NCBI GenBank assembly: GCA_048213135.1
Contig: PS015034.1
Location: 74,054-138,053, forward strand
Direction of reading: 5' to 3'
Source: Reclinomonas americana ATCC 50394
Lineage: Eukaryota
DNA length: 64,000 bases
Under the pieces are notes generated by a model. It did no database searches. It had not been told where the DNA came from and worked only from the letters and a program-made list of their open reading frames with translations. The translations under genes and the position numbers were made by a program. The first letter of the stretch is position 1, and each line of letters begins with the position of its first letter. Of the stretch, positions 35,128-48,440 are shown piece by piece.

Positions 35128-38100
35128 TCAAATTTTCAACCCCGACGTGCAGTCACCGCTCGTCGCACACGCAGTCATGGTCGACGTTGCCACCACGCCG
35201 CTCTTCGGCACGCACTGCTTGGTCGACGCCGTAAATGTCCACGAGCCGCAGGCGGTCAGTTGAGAGCACCACAGTGAGCATGCTTGTGGTCCGGTTGTCG
35301 TGGTGATGGCCCACGTGAGATCGCCACCAGGTCGATCTGAATGCCAACAACCACCAACTCATCAGCACAACTCTCATCACTGCAACAACATTCCAGCTAC
35401 TCACCCGTTCTAGTCTGGAAGCCGCTGCTGTCATATGCCGCCGCACTCGTCTTGCGTCCCGATACCAAGCAGAAATGCGAGCCACACACGTTGCTGGTCT
35501 CTGCATTGGCTGCGGTTGCTGGCACGTTACTCTGTATGAAATAAGAAGGTGAGCTCGTCATTCCCCTCACGGACTCCCCTCTTCGATCACGTGCCTTCAG
35601 CGTGCACACACTCACGCCAAGTGTGTTTGACGCCGCAGCAGCATCCAGAAATGTCCACGATCGACATTGTGTGGAATCGTCGCACGCCTCGCAGCATGCC
35701 ACCTCGCTTCGAACAGAGACGATGGTGGCCAAGATGGTGCCGCCGGGTCGATCCACAGCCTCGAACTGACACACTTCCAGCGCGGCTGCTCGGTATGGCG
35801 AAGAGTGAGACGACAGATGACGATGGTACACCTGAGCTGACAAGGCAACGCAACGGGCCACGACGCCGTTCTGCGGCACTGTTGAACAGCCCGTATTCGA
35901 TGCTGTATTCACGCACGGCAATCATTGTCAGCAAATGCGCATTTATCTTCAACTTTTTTTGCACAGAGAGAGAGAGAGAGAGATCAGCAAGCAACAACAA
36001 GGTAACCTTCCGTTGCCCGCACGAGCCACTTCGACACAGAGACAGAGAGAGAATACTGAACAGAATACAGAGTCTCCCTTTGTCGCAACTAGATGCACAC
36101 CCGCACGCAGAATTCGTATACTTGTGTCTCTTCACCATTGCTGTCTTGCCTTCACCATAACACTTCCGATCTCCGCTCTTCTCTCTATTCTAATACTTCG
36201 CCCAGTACCCTTTCCTCCAAATTCCCCCCTTACCATCTCCTCCCCCTTTCCCCTTTCCCTCTCTTCCTCCTTTCCTTCTTTTCCCTCTCTTCTCCCCTTT
36301 CCTTCTCTTCCCCTTTTTATCTCTTCCTCCTTTCCCTCTCTTCCCCCTCTTCCCCCTTCCCCTGTCTACCCTCCCTTCCCTTCCTCATTACACACCATAC
36401 ACAATCATGAACTGCTTGGTGTACGTCAGCGCGCCATCGCTCACTTGCACAAACACTTGCAGTCGCCGACTCAGTGGCGGAGCCACCGATATCGTCAGCT
36501 GATTACCGCCCACGAGGCTGAATAGAGCCGCATGCACACCGCCCACAATGCTGAATGTCGGCGTCTGTCCCGTGTTGAGATCCACCATGCTCAGTGTACC
36601 CACCGTGAATGGCACCGTCGCACTCGAGTATGTCTGCGAGCCCGATAGCAGAATGTCGCTCGGTGCCACACTCCCTGCACATACACAGTTCAGCTCTCTT
36701 TTCTCGGTCTCCTCTCTCTCTCTCCTCTCTTCCTCTTCATCCCCCTCTCTCCTCTCCTCTCAATCTCTCCATCTCCGCTCTCCATCTCCCCTATCTATCT
36801 GCATCCTCTCTCTCCCCATCTACCTTCTCCCTTCTCCCTCTTCCCCCCGCCCTCACCCTCTCCTCTCCCTCCGCCCTCTCTCTATCTCTCTTTCTCTCTC
36901 TCTCTCTGTTTCTCCCCCTTTCCCTTTCCCTTCCTTCTCCCTCTCCTTTTCCCTCCCCCTCTCCCTGCCACCCCTTTCACTCACCAATCGCAAAGGCCGA
37001 CAAAGCAACATACGCGCTAGTTGATGCCCATCGCGTGCACAGCTCGTATGTGCCACCAGTCGCACCCGCCGCGCCAATCGTCAGTGTGATGCTGTTCGAA
37101 TTGGTGAATGCACTGCTAATGCTAGTGCTGGCGACGGCTGTCGGCGGTGTCGTCGCGCCGCATCGGGGGGTCGCGAGCACGTAGGCTGATGCGTCCGCTG
37201 AGTTGTTCAGCAGCCCGTATCCCGCCACCGTCACCAGCTGGCCCGCCAGTGGCGACACGAAGGTGGCCGACAGTGATGTCACGGTGAGCACTGCATTGCG
37301 GGCAAAGGCAATCAGCATCATCAGGTGCCGCCACATTCATGCACATACCCTCTCAATCATCACTCACCAGCCGTCACACTGAACGTCTTGTCGACAAACA
37401 TGGGCGGTGTGCCGCTGTCAAACGAGCGAATCGAGACAACCAGCGGACTCCCCACCTGTCCCGCAGATGGCATCTGCAGCTGTGCGCCGCCACCACTCAG
37501 AGAGAACACATTGCTGTTCGCTCCGCCAGTGATAATGTATGTGTACGACTGGCCTCCGTCACTGTCGCTCGTGCTCATCGTGCACACAGGCATGTTGGCC
37601 GTCGACGGCGCAACATAGGTGGTGGTCGAGCACACAATGTCGGTCGGCGTCGAGTTGGAAGTGGTGAAGGACGTGGTGGAGCCGGTGAGAGTGCTGGGCA
37701 CGGTGGAGGTGGAGATGGCACGGAAGTAGTATGTCGAGTTGGCGGCGAGCGATGTCAGTGACGCAGTCAGGGTGGTGCTGGAGGCAACGCCAGAGGTGGC
37801 CGGTGTGGCCGAGACGATGACGGAGCCAATGGTGAGTCGGCGGATGGTAAGATTGTTAGTATCTGAGATGACGCACGCTGAGAAAGCAGCACAGCATGAC
37901 TATCACAAAAACCGGTTGGGGACACGCGTACCTGCAATATACAATGTCGACGATGCGGCATCATATGCCAAGAAATGCTGCATACAGATACAATGTACAC
38001 AAATGAGCTCAAGTGTTCCACGAACGGCCCTACGCACGCAATGCACGGAGCTTACCGAACTGTTCAACCGCGCAGCTGTGAGCGGGCTCCCGTCCGCTGA

Positions 38101-41100
38101 CCCAGCAACTCCTGCTGCACCAGCTATAGTTGTCACAGCACCGGTGCTTACAACGATTTGCCGAATTATGTGACTACCCCTCTTCTCGGATCGCGTTGGA
38201 TAAGAACACGCGAAATAAAGGAACTATGCACGAAACGCAACATCGGAGACGTAAAAAACGCCTCGACCTCGATCTAGCTGGATGCCGATAGGCGTGTTGA
38301 ACAGAGCGGCAGTGCCTGTAGCATCTGTCGAGCCTGCAACTCCAGTAAGCGAACCGGCCAGAGTCGACACAGTCATTGCCAGCATGTCGATTGCACGAAT
38401 GTTGTTACGATCTCGATCAGCTGCGCATCTCCAGAGTGTGAGAGCTGGTCACGATCTGTCTAATAGACGCGGAGATTAGCGTACACACCAACGTACAGTC
38501 GATTGGCCGTCGCGTCCACAACCAAGCCCGCCGGTCCCCCAAACCGTGCTGTTGGTGTGCACGCACCGTCAACGTATGCGTACGACCCCATCGTACCGCA
38601 GTAGGTGGTGACTTCGCCGCCGTATGTGACCTACGAGAGGCAATCTAAGTTGCGCACTACACAAGGAACAATCGACGCAAGTGCGTGCACTCACCTTCCT
38701 GACCGCAGAGTTGCTCCAATCACCAACGTACATCACTTTGTTGGCCGCATCAACAATGATGCCGTGCGGCTGGTTAAACCGCGCACTCGAACCCATGCCA
38801 TCCGCAGCGCCTGCCGAACCATTGCCAGCCAGCGTTGACAAATAACCGGAAGGGGTACTCACGCGGATTGCGTGGTTCCACAACTACAAAGTGTGAATGT
38901 TGAGAGACAAAGCAGCATTCACAGAAGAAACGCAACCAGACCAACGCAACATCAGCAATGTACAAGTATCCGGTCGTCGAGTCCATTGACAGATCGGTGG
39001 GCTTGTTGAACTGAGTAGCAGTGCCGATTCCGTCGACCAGGCCCCACATTCCCGCCGTTCCCAGAAACGTCGACACCACACCTCCACTCGTCACTCGTCG
39101 AACTGTGTGATTGGATTGATCACACACAAACGCAGTACCCGATGTGTCGATTGCAATACCCTGCCAGTCGCCTCAATAATGAGAAATACGTAGCTTGGGG
39201 CAGAGTGGGACGAAAACTTACCATGGGTCTGTTAAAACGAGCAGCAGTCCCCGTGCCATCTGTTGTTCCAACCATGCCCGCCGAGCCCAACCACGTTGAC
39301 ATCGCTGGCGTGATACCGAGAGCAGCTGTCGACGGTGCCCATTCAAACGAGTTGCTCATCGTCGAGGCCGCCACAGAGTTGCCCACCACAGCATTCAACG
39401 TCGCCGACGATGCTGTCACACTGCTGGCCGCAAGCGTGGCCAACGATTGGGTTGCTGTGATGCATCAACAAGGAAGAGAAGCACAGTGAATGACCAGCAA
39501 TGTAAACAGGTGAATGAAGCGGAGAATGCAAAGAAGGAAGATGAGGAAGAAGAAGAACGAGAGGGAGAGGTTAGGGAGGAGGAGGAGGAGGAGGAGGAGG
39601 GGAGAGTGACAATGCAGCACCCCATTCATCTCACCCGCAGTGATGGTGAACGCCTTGTCGAAGAACAGCGGCGGCGATCCATTATCCGTCGACCGTATAG
39701 TCACCGCCAGCGAGCTGCCCGCCTGCCCCGCCGCCACAATCACCAGCGACTGCCCGCTGATCGAAAACACTCCACTATTCGCGCCACCGACAATCGAGTA
39801 CGTGAACGATTGCCCCGCATTCGCGTCCGTCGTCTGGAGCGCACACACGACTTGATTCGCCACCGACGGCGACACATACGTCGTCGACGAGCAGCTAATG
39901 TCGGTTGGAGCCACATTGGTGATGGTGGTGAAGGACACAGTGGCGCCATTGATGGTGCTGGGCGTGGAGGTGACACCGACAGCTCGCAAATAGTACGTCC
40001 AGCTGCTCACCAATCCAGTCAATGAGGCGGTGATGGACGAGGCGAGGGAGCCAGTGGAGGTGGCAGGTGTGGCCGACACCGTCTGCGACGCCAGCGAGAG
40101 GCGACGGATAATGTGCGTGTTGTAATCAGCAACCAGCATAGATGCTGTCGATGAATCGAAGGCGACGTGGACAGGCGAGTTGAAGCGTGCCACGGTCAGA
40201 GCGCTGCCGTTGGCTGATCCACTCATGCCGGCCGCACCACCAATCGTGGACACTGACGAGTCCGACACTCGAAGTTGCCGCACGGTATTGTTGGTGGACT
40301 GAGACACTCATGCAGTCAGAATTGAACGCAGAGGGTGAGGAGTATGGGACACGCTCAACATCGGCAACATAGATGACGTTGTTTCCAGCGTCGTATGCCA
40401 GTCCCACAGGTGTGTTGAAGCGAGCAGCCGTTCCTGCTGAATCGGTCAGAACGCAGGCAGACAATCACACTGAGCTGCCCATCACGGTGGACTCACCGGT
40501 GGCATCCGTGGATCCAGATGTGCCGCTCGTTGAACCCGCCACCGTCGACACCGTCATCCCCACCGTGTCAATCGCTCGGATGGAGTTGTTCACGCGGTCA
40601 CCTGCACTCACACAAACAGCGAAAGGCGGATGAGGACGGGAGGAATGCATCATCTCTGCGTCCCCACACAGCACTCGCCAACATACAGCGTGGATCCAAC
40701 AAGCAGCACGCCATTGGGACCACCGAATCGCGCCGCTCCCGCACACGCACCATCGGCAGTGCCACTCATGCCCGCCGTGCCGCAAAAGGTCGTCGCCGCA
40801 CCAGCGTAGGTCACTCGCCGAATGGCGTTGTTGAGCCAGTCGCCCACAAACACCACTTGGTTCGTGGCATCCACCGCCACACCCATCGGCTGATTGAAGG
40901 AGGCGGCCGCACCCGAGGCATTGGCACTCCCCGACGCCCCGTTTCCCGCCAGTGTAGTGACCACGGCCGCCGGTGTGACGGCACGCACAGCGTGGTTCAT
41001 CAACTGTGGGAGAGAGACGCACAGAGTCAGCAGAATGCATCGAGATGTGTGATGCATACCTCTACATACTCACATCGGCAACATAGATGGTTCCCGTGGT

Positions 41101-41150
41101 TTGGTCGATGGCGAGTCCGGCGACACTGTAAGCGTGCTGGATGAGTGAAG

Positions 41151-41199
<49 letters not shown>

Positions 41200-41213
41200 G
41201 TACTTACGTTTTA
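35128..41213 (-). CDS. Tandem paralog (copy 2) of the NHL/FN3/cadherin/PAN protein; 5' end lost in the gap
   Basis: Colinear with copy 1 at an offset of ~7.04-7.13 kb, with the same exon structure and the same C-terminus (DCTSGLKI*). Confidence 0.85.
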
Positions 41214-41451
41214 NNNNNNNNNNNNNNNNNNNNNNNNNNNNNNNNNNNNNNNNNNNNNNNNNNNNNNNNNNNNNNNNNNNNNNNNNNNNNNNNNNNNNNN
41301 NNNNNNNNNNNNNNNNNNNNNNNNNNNNNNNNNNNNNNNNNNNNNNNNNNNNNNNNNNNNNNNNNNNNNNNNNNNNNNNNNNNNNNNNNNNNNNNNNNNN
41401 NNNNNNNNNNNNNCGTGGCCTCTCTCTCTCTGTCACACACACGCGTTCTCA

Positions 41452-41803
41452 CCTGTGCGCGGAGCGCCTTCTCCGCCGCGCTGCATCGTGCACGAGAAGC
41501 GCCCTTCTCCTGAATAGCATCGCGCAGCTTATCGCCCGCCAGTCGCACACTGCGTGCATATCGCTTCGCTGTGCGACGCAGCTCTTGTGCTGTGGTGACC
41601 TTGTCGGCCAGTCGCGGACCAGGCGCCGAAGCACCACGCAGAGCTGTGTCCGGATTAGTGAATGGGAGCAAGACAGAGAGGCAGCGATTCGCAATAAGAG
41701 AGAGAGAGAGAGAGAGACGCAACATCGTGCGTGGACGGCGGCAACGGCGACGCATAACAGCAGTGTGACAATGAGTGCGGCAACGTAGAAGGGGCGAGTC
41801 ATG
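41452..41803 (-). CDS. Secreted protein, first two exons (signal peptide + basic helical segment); continues into the gap
   Basis: MTRPFYVAALIVTLLLCVAVAAVHAR-S-LRGASAPGPRLADKVTTAQELRRTAKRY...KALRAQ, followed by a GTGAG donor. Confidence 0.6.
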
Positions 41804-42316
41804 GGATTGTGATTTTTTTCGGTGGGCGCGTGTGTTCTCGGCTCACTCGAGCAACAAAATGGTTTGTACTTTTTTGTCTCACCTTGGTTGTTCCGGGGTG
41901 GCGGAGAATCCACCGCGCTGTATCTCTCTGTCAGTGCGTGTGGTGGTCGATGGGCAGTCACTCGCTGCGTGCGATCGATATCATGATCGATATCGCGCGC
42001 GATCGTCGACGTCGTCTCTTTCGCCATGGCCAGTGATCGCCCCGTACGCAAGCGGCTGCGGAATAATGCACGGGTATCTCGCACTGTATCGTGCTGGAAT
42101 CCCGTGCGCAATGCCTCGCGATTATAACAACGCGCTGCGATCGATATCGCGACGTTGGCGACGTTCACGATTATAACATCGCGACAATCGTCTTCTCTTC
42201 GCCTCACCATTCGCACACCCCTCACACACACATACTTTCACAGCACGGATCACACTGGGACACCCGCAGCAATCAGCACAGGACGACAATCATCATCCGT
42301 CCCTCCTCTCCACATC

Positions 42317-45300
42317 ATGGTGAAGGCGTACCTGCGCTACGTGTCCACGGGCGCCCCGCTGGGCCTGGTCAGTGTGAGCCCGGCTGCGGCTGTCAGCACC
42401 AATGGCGGCTGTGCAGTGCTCACTCCGCCATCGACAATCACTGCGGCCACCGCCACCCGGCCTCGCCAGTTGAACAATGCACTGGCGTCGGCAGCTGTCG
42501 TGTGCACTCCGGCACTGGAGAACGTGCAGCTGTGGCACCAGCGACAAGCGGCGTTGGTGTGTGGCTGTTTTTGCGCCATGTGCACATTCACATGCACACA
42601 CGCGAGCGACCACTCTCTCACTCTTTCTTCTTCTCTCTGTCTGTCTGTGCAGTCGGCGCTGTTGGTGCAGAGCACCAGTGATCTGGCCGATGATTCACAC
42701 CCACAAGTCACTTGTGTGCTGGCATCGTCGTGTGGCACAATGGTCATTGCCGGCTATGTCGACGGATCAATCCGTGTCTTCCGTGTGCCGCCGCAGGCGT
42801 TTCGTGTGCCAGCGGGAGACAGAGAGGTCTGTCTGCCCACTCTCTGCCTCTCTGCAAGCCACCTACCCGCTCACTCTTTCATTCGACGCAGCCGCTGACC
42901 ATCACTCCCGAGCTGGTGTTGGAGGGTCACTCGGCCTCGGTGACGTGCCTGGTGCTGGATAATGGCGACTCGGGCCGTCCTGCCACCTTGCTCCTGTCGG
43001 GCTCCAACGACACCAACGGTATTCTGTGGGATCTGGTGTCGGGTCAGGCCGTGTCGACGCTACGCGGACATCGCGATCAGTTGTCGTGCGCATCGTTTGT
43101 GATGCCGAGTGGAGCCACTGTGGGCGGAGGTGTTGGTCGCGTACAGCGGGCAGTCACAGGGTCGCGCGATGGTCTTGTCAAGATCTGGGAGCTCGACACG
43201 GGAGCGTGTGTGGAGACCATTGTCGGCATCCGCTCGCCGATTCTGGCCGTGTGCGTGTGTCCGCGTGCAGAGCGGCTGCTGGTGGGTGCGTCGGACTCGC
43301 ATCTGCGCATGTATGAATTGGAGACGATGCGGTACATGGGCGGCATGCCGCGTGCCGGCAATCGAGAGCGTGTGGCGTTTGTGAGGTGGTTGACGGCCGC
43401 CAGTGGTCGTGAGTATGTGGTGCTCCACGGCGCCGACAAGGTGCTGGAGTTGTTGACGGTGCTGTCGGCGGAGCGCACTGAGAAGCGAGTTGCCAAGCGA
43501 CGGAGGAAGATCATGCAGAAGAGCAAGAAGCAGCGCAAGGATGCGGCGCAGGGCAAGGATGAGGAGGAGGAGGACGAAGATGGCGACGAGCCGATGGCGG
43601 AGGAGGCGGCTACTGAGGTGCGTCAACTATTCGCAGTGTGTAAGTAAGTGAGAGGACAGGAGAGTGAACGGGATGAACACAAGAAGGAGTAGAGGAGGAA
43701 GAAGAGAGGGCGGAGTGACAAAGAGGGAGTGTGTGTCCAGGCAGAGTGCCAACGCGCGGTGACATGCACAGGTCGGAATCGCGGATGTGCTGGAGGAGCC
43801 TCTGGTGCTGCTGCGGCCGGATGCCAAATTCACTGGCGTGTCTGTGTTGCCGATTGCGCGCAATGCGTCGCACCTGCCGGGTCAGGCGGTCAACGAAGAC
43901 GTGTTTTCGGTGCGCTTCTCTTCCGCCCCCACTGAGGAATTTTTGTGCTTGCGCTGAGAATGGGGGGCATGTGCAGGTGGTGACCACACTCGGCAGCAAC
44001 ACTCTGCAATCCTACGACGTTGTGGTTGCACAGGCGAGCTCCAAGGATCACGCCGCCGACGGTGGCCGGCGCAGTATTGATCCGTCAAAGACGGTGGCGC
44101 GTCCAGCCGGCCTCAACATTCCACACTGGGGTCACGGAAGCGATGTGCGTGCCGTAGTAATCTCCCACGACGACGCACTCGCGGCGTCGGTGTCGAGCGA
44201 CAGTGTCAAGGTGTGGACACTGGCGCACCGGAGACTACTGCGCTCGCTGCCGTCGGGTTATGGCCTGTCGGTGGCGTTCTTGCCTGGCAATCGGCACCTG
44301 GTGGTGGGCACCAAGACTGGCCACCTCGAGTTGTTCGACTTGTCGGCCGCCTGCCTGTTGGAGAGAATACAGGCGCACGATGGTGAGTGCCGTCGGCGAC
44401 GGAAAAAAGACGCGAGTCGTGTCAATCGGTGCTGATGTGTTTGTAGGTGCCGTGTGGAGTGTGATTGTGCATCCGGATGGGCGCGGTCTGGTGACGGGCA
44501 GTGCCGACAAGACGGTGAAGTTCTGGACGGTGGAGAGCATCACGGGCATGGTGGCTGCTCGACCGGTCGCCGATGCCGACGCCAGTGACGATGCTCCGGC
44601 GCAGGTGTGTGTGTTGGCAGGGTCGCGATATTTTCCGTGTCCACTCTCTTGGCCTCTCACCATTTTCGTGTGCTGTTGGGTAGGTTTCTGGCCAGAGGCT
44701 CTCGTTGCGCGAAGTCCACGTGCTGAAAATGACCGACGACGTGCTGTGCGTGCGCATGTCGCACGACGGAACCACGCTTGCCGTGTCGCTTCTCGACTGC
44801 AACATCAAGATCTTCTACGCCGACACACTTCGCTTCCGCCTGTCACTGTACGGCCATTCGGTGTGTGTGTCTTGCGTGTGTTGCTTGGCTCTTTTGCATT
44901 GCGCACGACGCGTGTGGCTGATCTCTGTGCGTCCCATTCGCATAGCTGCCTGTGTTGTCCATGGATCTCAGCACGGATGGCACGCTGATCGTCACCGGTA
45001 GTGCCGACAAGACTGTCCGTTTGTGGGGTCTCGACTTTGGCGACTGTCACCGCACGCTGTTGGCACATACGGACTCGGTAATGGCCGTGCAGTTTGTGCC
45101 AAACACGCACTACTTTTTCTCGGTTTGTGTCGTCGCACGGCGTGCGTGTGTGTGTGCCCATTCTCACACAACGAGCAGGCTGGCAAGGATGGTGACGTGT
45201 CGTACTGGGATGCCGATGCGTACGAGCGCATCTCCACACTGCACGGTCACCACGGCGAGGCGTGGTCGATTGCGTTGTCGTCCTCGGGCGACACGGTGGT

Positions 45301-46560
45301 GACGGGAGGCGCCGATCGTTCAGTTCGCATCTACCGACGCACGCAGGAGCAGGTGTTCTTGGAGGAGGAGCGTGAGAAGGAGCGCGAGAAGCAGCGCGAC
45401 AAGGAAGAGGTAATTCGCGCAGATGCCGGTTTTTGTTGGAAAAGGAAGAGTTATTAATTGGATGCGTCACACAGGCGGCCTCGGTGGCCATGGCATCGAC
45501 TCACGTCTCGAGCATCGTGGACACCACGGGCGAGGCACTCGCGCACTTGGCCAAGCGCGCGGCTGGCACCACGGCGGAGACGCTGAAGGCCGGTGAGCGC
45601 CTGCTGGAGGCACTGGAGGTGGCGGAGGACGAAGAGCAGAGATTGCGGGCGCATCGAGAGGAGTTCGAGAAGTCGCGTCTGGCACAGGAGGCCTACAAGC
45701 AGCTGCTCTCCAGGGGCAAGCGCAGCAAGTCGAGTGGTGGCAGCAAGGCTCCACCACCGCCTCCACCACCGGCGGCGCCCGAGCCTCCACCGCCGAATAT
45801 GTATCTGATGGCAGCGGGAGTCAAAACCGTGGATCAGTATGTGCTCAAGTCGGTGCAGGGCGTTCGCTCCACTGAGTTGGAGCTGGCCCTGGCCACACTG
45901 CCGTTCCACCGGGCCACGCAGTGTGCCGTTCATCTCTACAACGCGGTGTTGGACGAAAAGGTTCTTTTAATCTCCCGATATGTTTCAATGCATCGGATTT
46001 CCGATGTATGAGATGCTAACGCAGTCGGAATGTGCTCTCTCCGGATGCTCTTGCAGGTCGGTTGGGGTGGTCTCGATGTGGTGGAGCTGGTGTGCCGCGT
46101 GATCTTGACGATCCTGCGGCAACACCACACACAACTGGTGGCGAGTCGGGCACTGAGCGATCGGCTGAGCGAGATGGCGGAGCGCATGCGCGCGTTGTTG
46201 CGCCAGCAAAAGGATATAATTGGATTCAATGCGGCGGCGCTTGGCTACCTCCAGCGGGAGCTGGCGCTGCAACACGAGACCACTGACGAGTTTGCCGATG
46301 TGTCGAGCACGCGCGTCTCCGTGCGACTCCCGCGCGCGCCAGTGGCACGCAAGGCCGCCCGGCAGTCGGTGGCCTCGATGGAGAAGAAGAAGCGACTGGC
46401 ATCGGTCGCCGGCCTCGCTCAAGTCAAGTCCGATCAGCCACGCAAGAAGCGTGCCAAGTTCATCACGTCGCAATTGAGCGGAGATGACGGCACCGGCAAC
46501 AGCGACGGAGACGAGGGTGCGCCAGCTTCCCTCTCCGAAAGCATGTTCCCTCGGCGGTGA
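42317..46560 (+). CDS. UTP12: U3 snoRNP / SSU processome WD40 protein Utp12/Dip2/WDR3
   Basis: MVKAYLRY N-terminus; [45 protein letters not shown] and [16 protein letters not shown] motifs; C-terminal Utp12 domain ([10 protein letters not shown]). Confidence 0.95.
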
Positions 46561-47259
46561 TATCATATCGAGGGAGGCCATTGAATATCTCTTTGCTTCG
46601 AATATGTGGGTCGTTGGCATTGTTTGTTTCCGCATGCAGGTTTGTGGTGTTGTTAGAATAAAGTGAATTAGGTCTCACGCGCTTTACTTGAAAAAAGAAT
46701 CTGCGGCTTTTTTTATTCTATGTTTCTTGTTGTTGCGATTGCTCGTGCTGCGTCGACCCTCCAGCCTTCGCGCGCGCACAGGTCGACTGGCACTCATATA
46801 CAGTATGTGTACATGCATGCCACGCGCCCTCGGTGCGTCCAGGTGCACGCGCCAACAACATTTCCAAATTTGTAACGGTAACGGTCAGTGCAACGGTCAA
46901 CTTTTCGCTCCGCGGAACAGGCACGTGCCACCGCTGTCGGAGCCCACCGCCTGCGCCACCCACACACCGCCACACAGCACACACACACACACGCACACAA
47001 CGCACACGCGCGCGCATACAGATTCATTTCGAATCGTGCGCAAAGGCGAGGCGACTTTGCCTGCAATCCCAACAATGTGGCGCGCGAAATTTTTTTGAAT
47101 ATCAAACGTGAAATCGAACACCTTTTTCTCGTCGCAACGCTCGCACGCAGAGGCAAACACCCTCTCCCAACACACTCCAACTCTCTTTCTCTTTGTTTGC
47201 GCTCGACAACGCCCTCTCTCTGGCTCTTGTTTCTCTCTCCTCAAACAACAACAACGCTC

Positions 47260-47613
47260 ATGTCGGCCTCGTCTGCATCGTTTCTGTGGAGCGCCAAGTC
47301 GCACTGCCTGTCAACAACAACAACCTCCTCCTCCTCAACAACAACAGCACCATTGGTGCACACTGCGCCACCACCGCTGACAGCGTGGGCAAGAACAAAG
47401 CGGCCTCGCATGATGCCTCCAACTGCTGAAGTGAGTCGATCGTGCGCGCGCGTGCTCTTTGCACAGGCCGACGATTACGATGAGGAGGATGATCGAGAGG
47501 TACGCACTTGTTAAGTGTGCCTGCTTGTATCGCCTGCGTGATGCTCATTTTCTGTGCGACAACAACAGGTGTGTTTGGCGTCCAGGTTGTCTGTGGCCCT
47601 CCCAATCCGGTGA
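47260..47613 (+). CDS. Possible small 3-exon hypothetical protein
   Basis: MSASSASFLW...MMPPTAE|ADDYDEEDDRE|VCLASRLSVALPIR*, joined by in-frame GTGAGT/GTACGC...CAG introns. No homology recognised. Confidence 0.3.
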
Positions 47614-48440
47614 AAGCCCCTCTCCCTTGCCACTCTCTCTCTCTTTCTGCTTGTGTCGGTGATGGTGGTGGTGGAAAGGATCGCTTCTTCTGTCTCGTGA
47701 GAGTGCGCTGCTGCGATCGACTGTGCGCGTCTGCATATTCTGCGCTCGCCATTCGCGCGCGCGTACGCGTGTGTGTGAGAAGGATCCTCCTCCCCCATTT
47801 TTGGTCAATGTTCTTCTGTTGTTGTTGTTGCTGTTGTCATGTTAGAATCGTGCGTGGTGGTGGTGTGAGAATGAGTGGTGCTTAAGTTGCGCCACCTCTC
47901 CACCTCCTCCTCTTTGTGTGGTGTGTCTGTCGCGCTCGTTTGAGAGCGTGGTTGTACGTTGACGCGCTGCGATTGGTGATCACCGTTGAGTTGTACTCTC
48001 CTGAGTGGCCCACGAGCAGTGGAGGCGCGCGTGGTTTGCGCTGCCTCGAATCGTCAGCAGTGAGTGTGTGTGTGTTGTTACCTTGTGTGTTGCGTTGTAC
48101 TTTTTTGTTTTCGATCAAGCACTGTGTGTCGCTGCGGGCGAGCTTACGAATGAGCTCGCCTCTGTGCTGCTGTGTGCTTGCTCACGTGCACGTGTGTGTA
48201 TGTGTGTGTGTGTGCGTGCCGACAACTGTGCTTGCCAAGTGGCGTGGAGCTCTTGTGCCAATGATGTGCCAGTTGTCGTGCCTCTTTTTTTGTGTATGCC
48301 TCGTGCTCATGTCTTGTCTTGCCGTATCCCCCCCTTACTTGCTAGCATGTGATCGCGCCTAAATGAACCTGAATCGGTGGCTTGTGTTGCACTCGGCACG
48401 TCCGCGTTCGGGTTAAACATGAACATGCGACACGGACACA

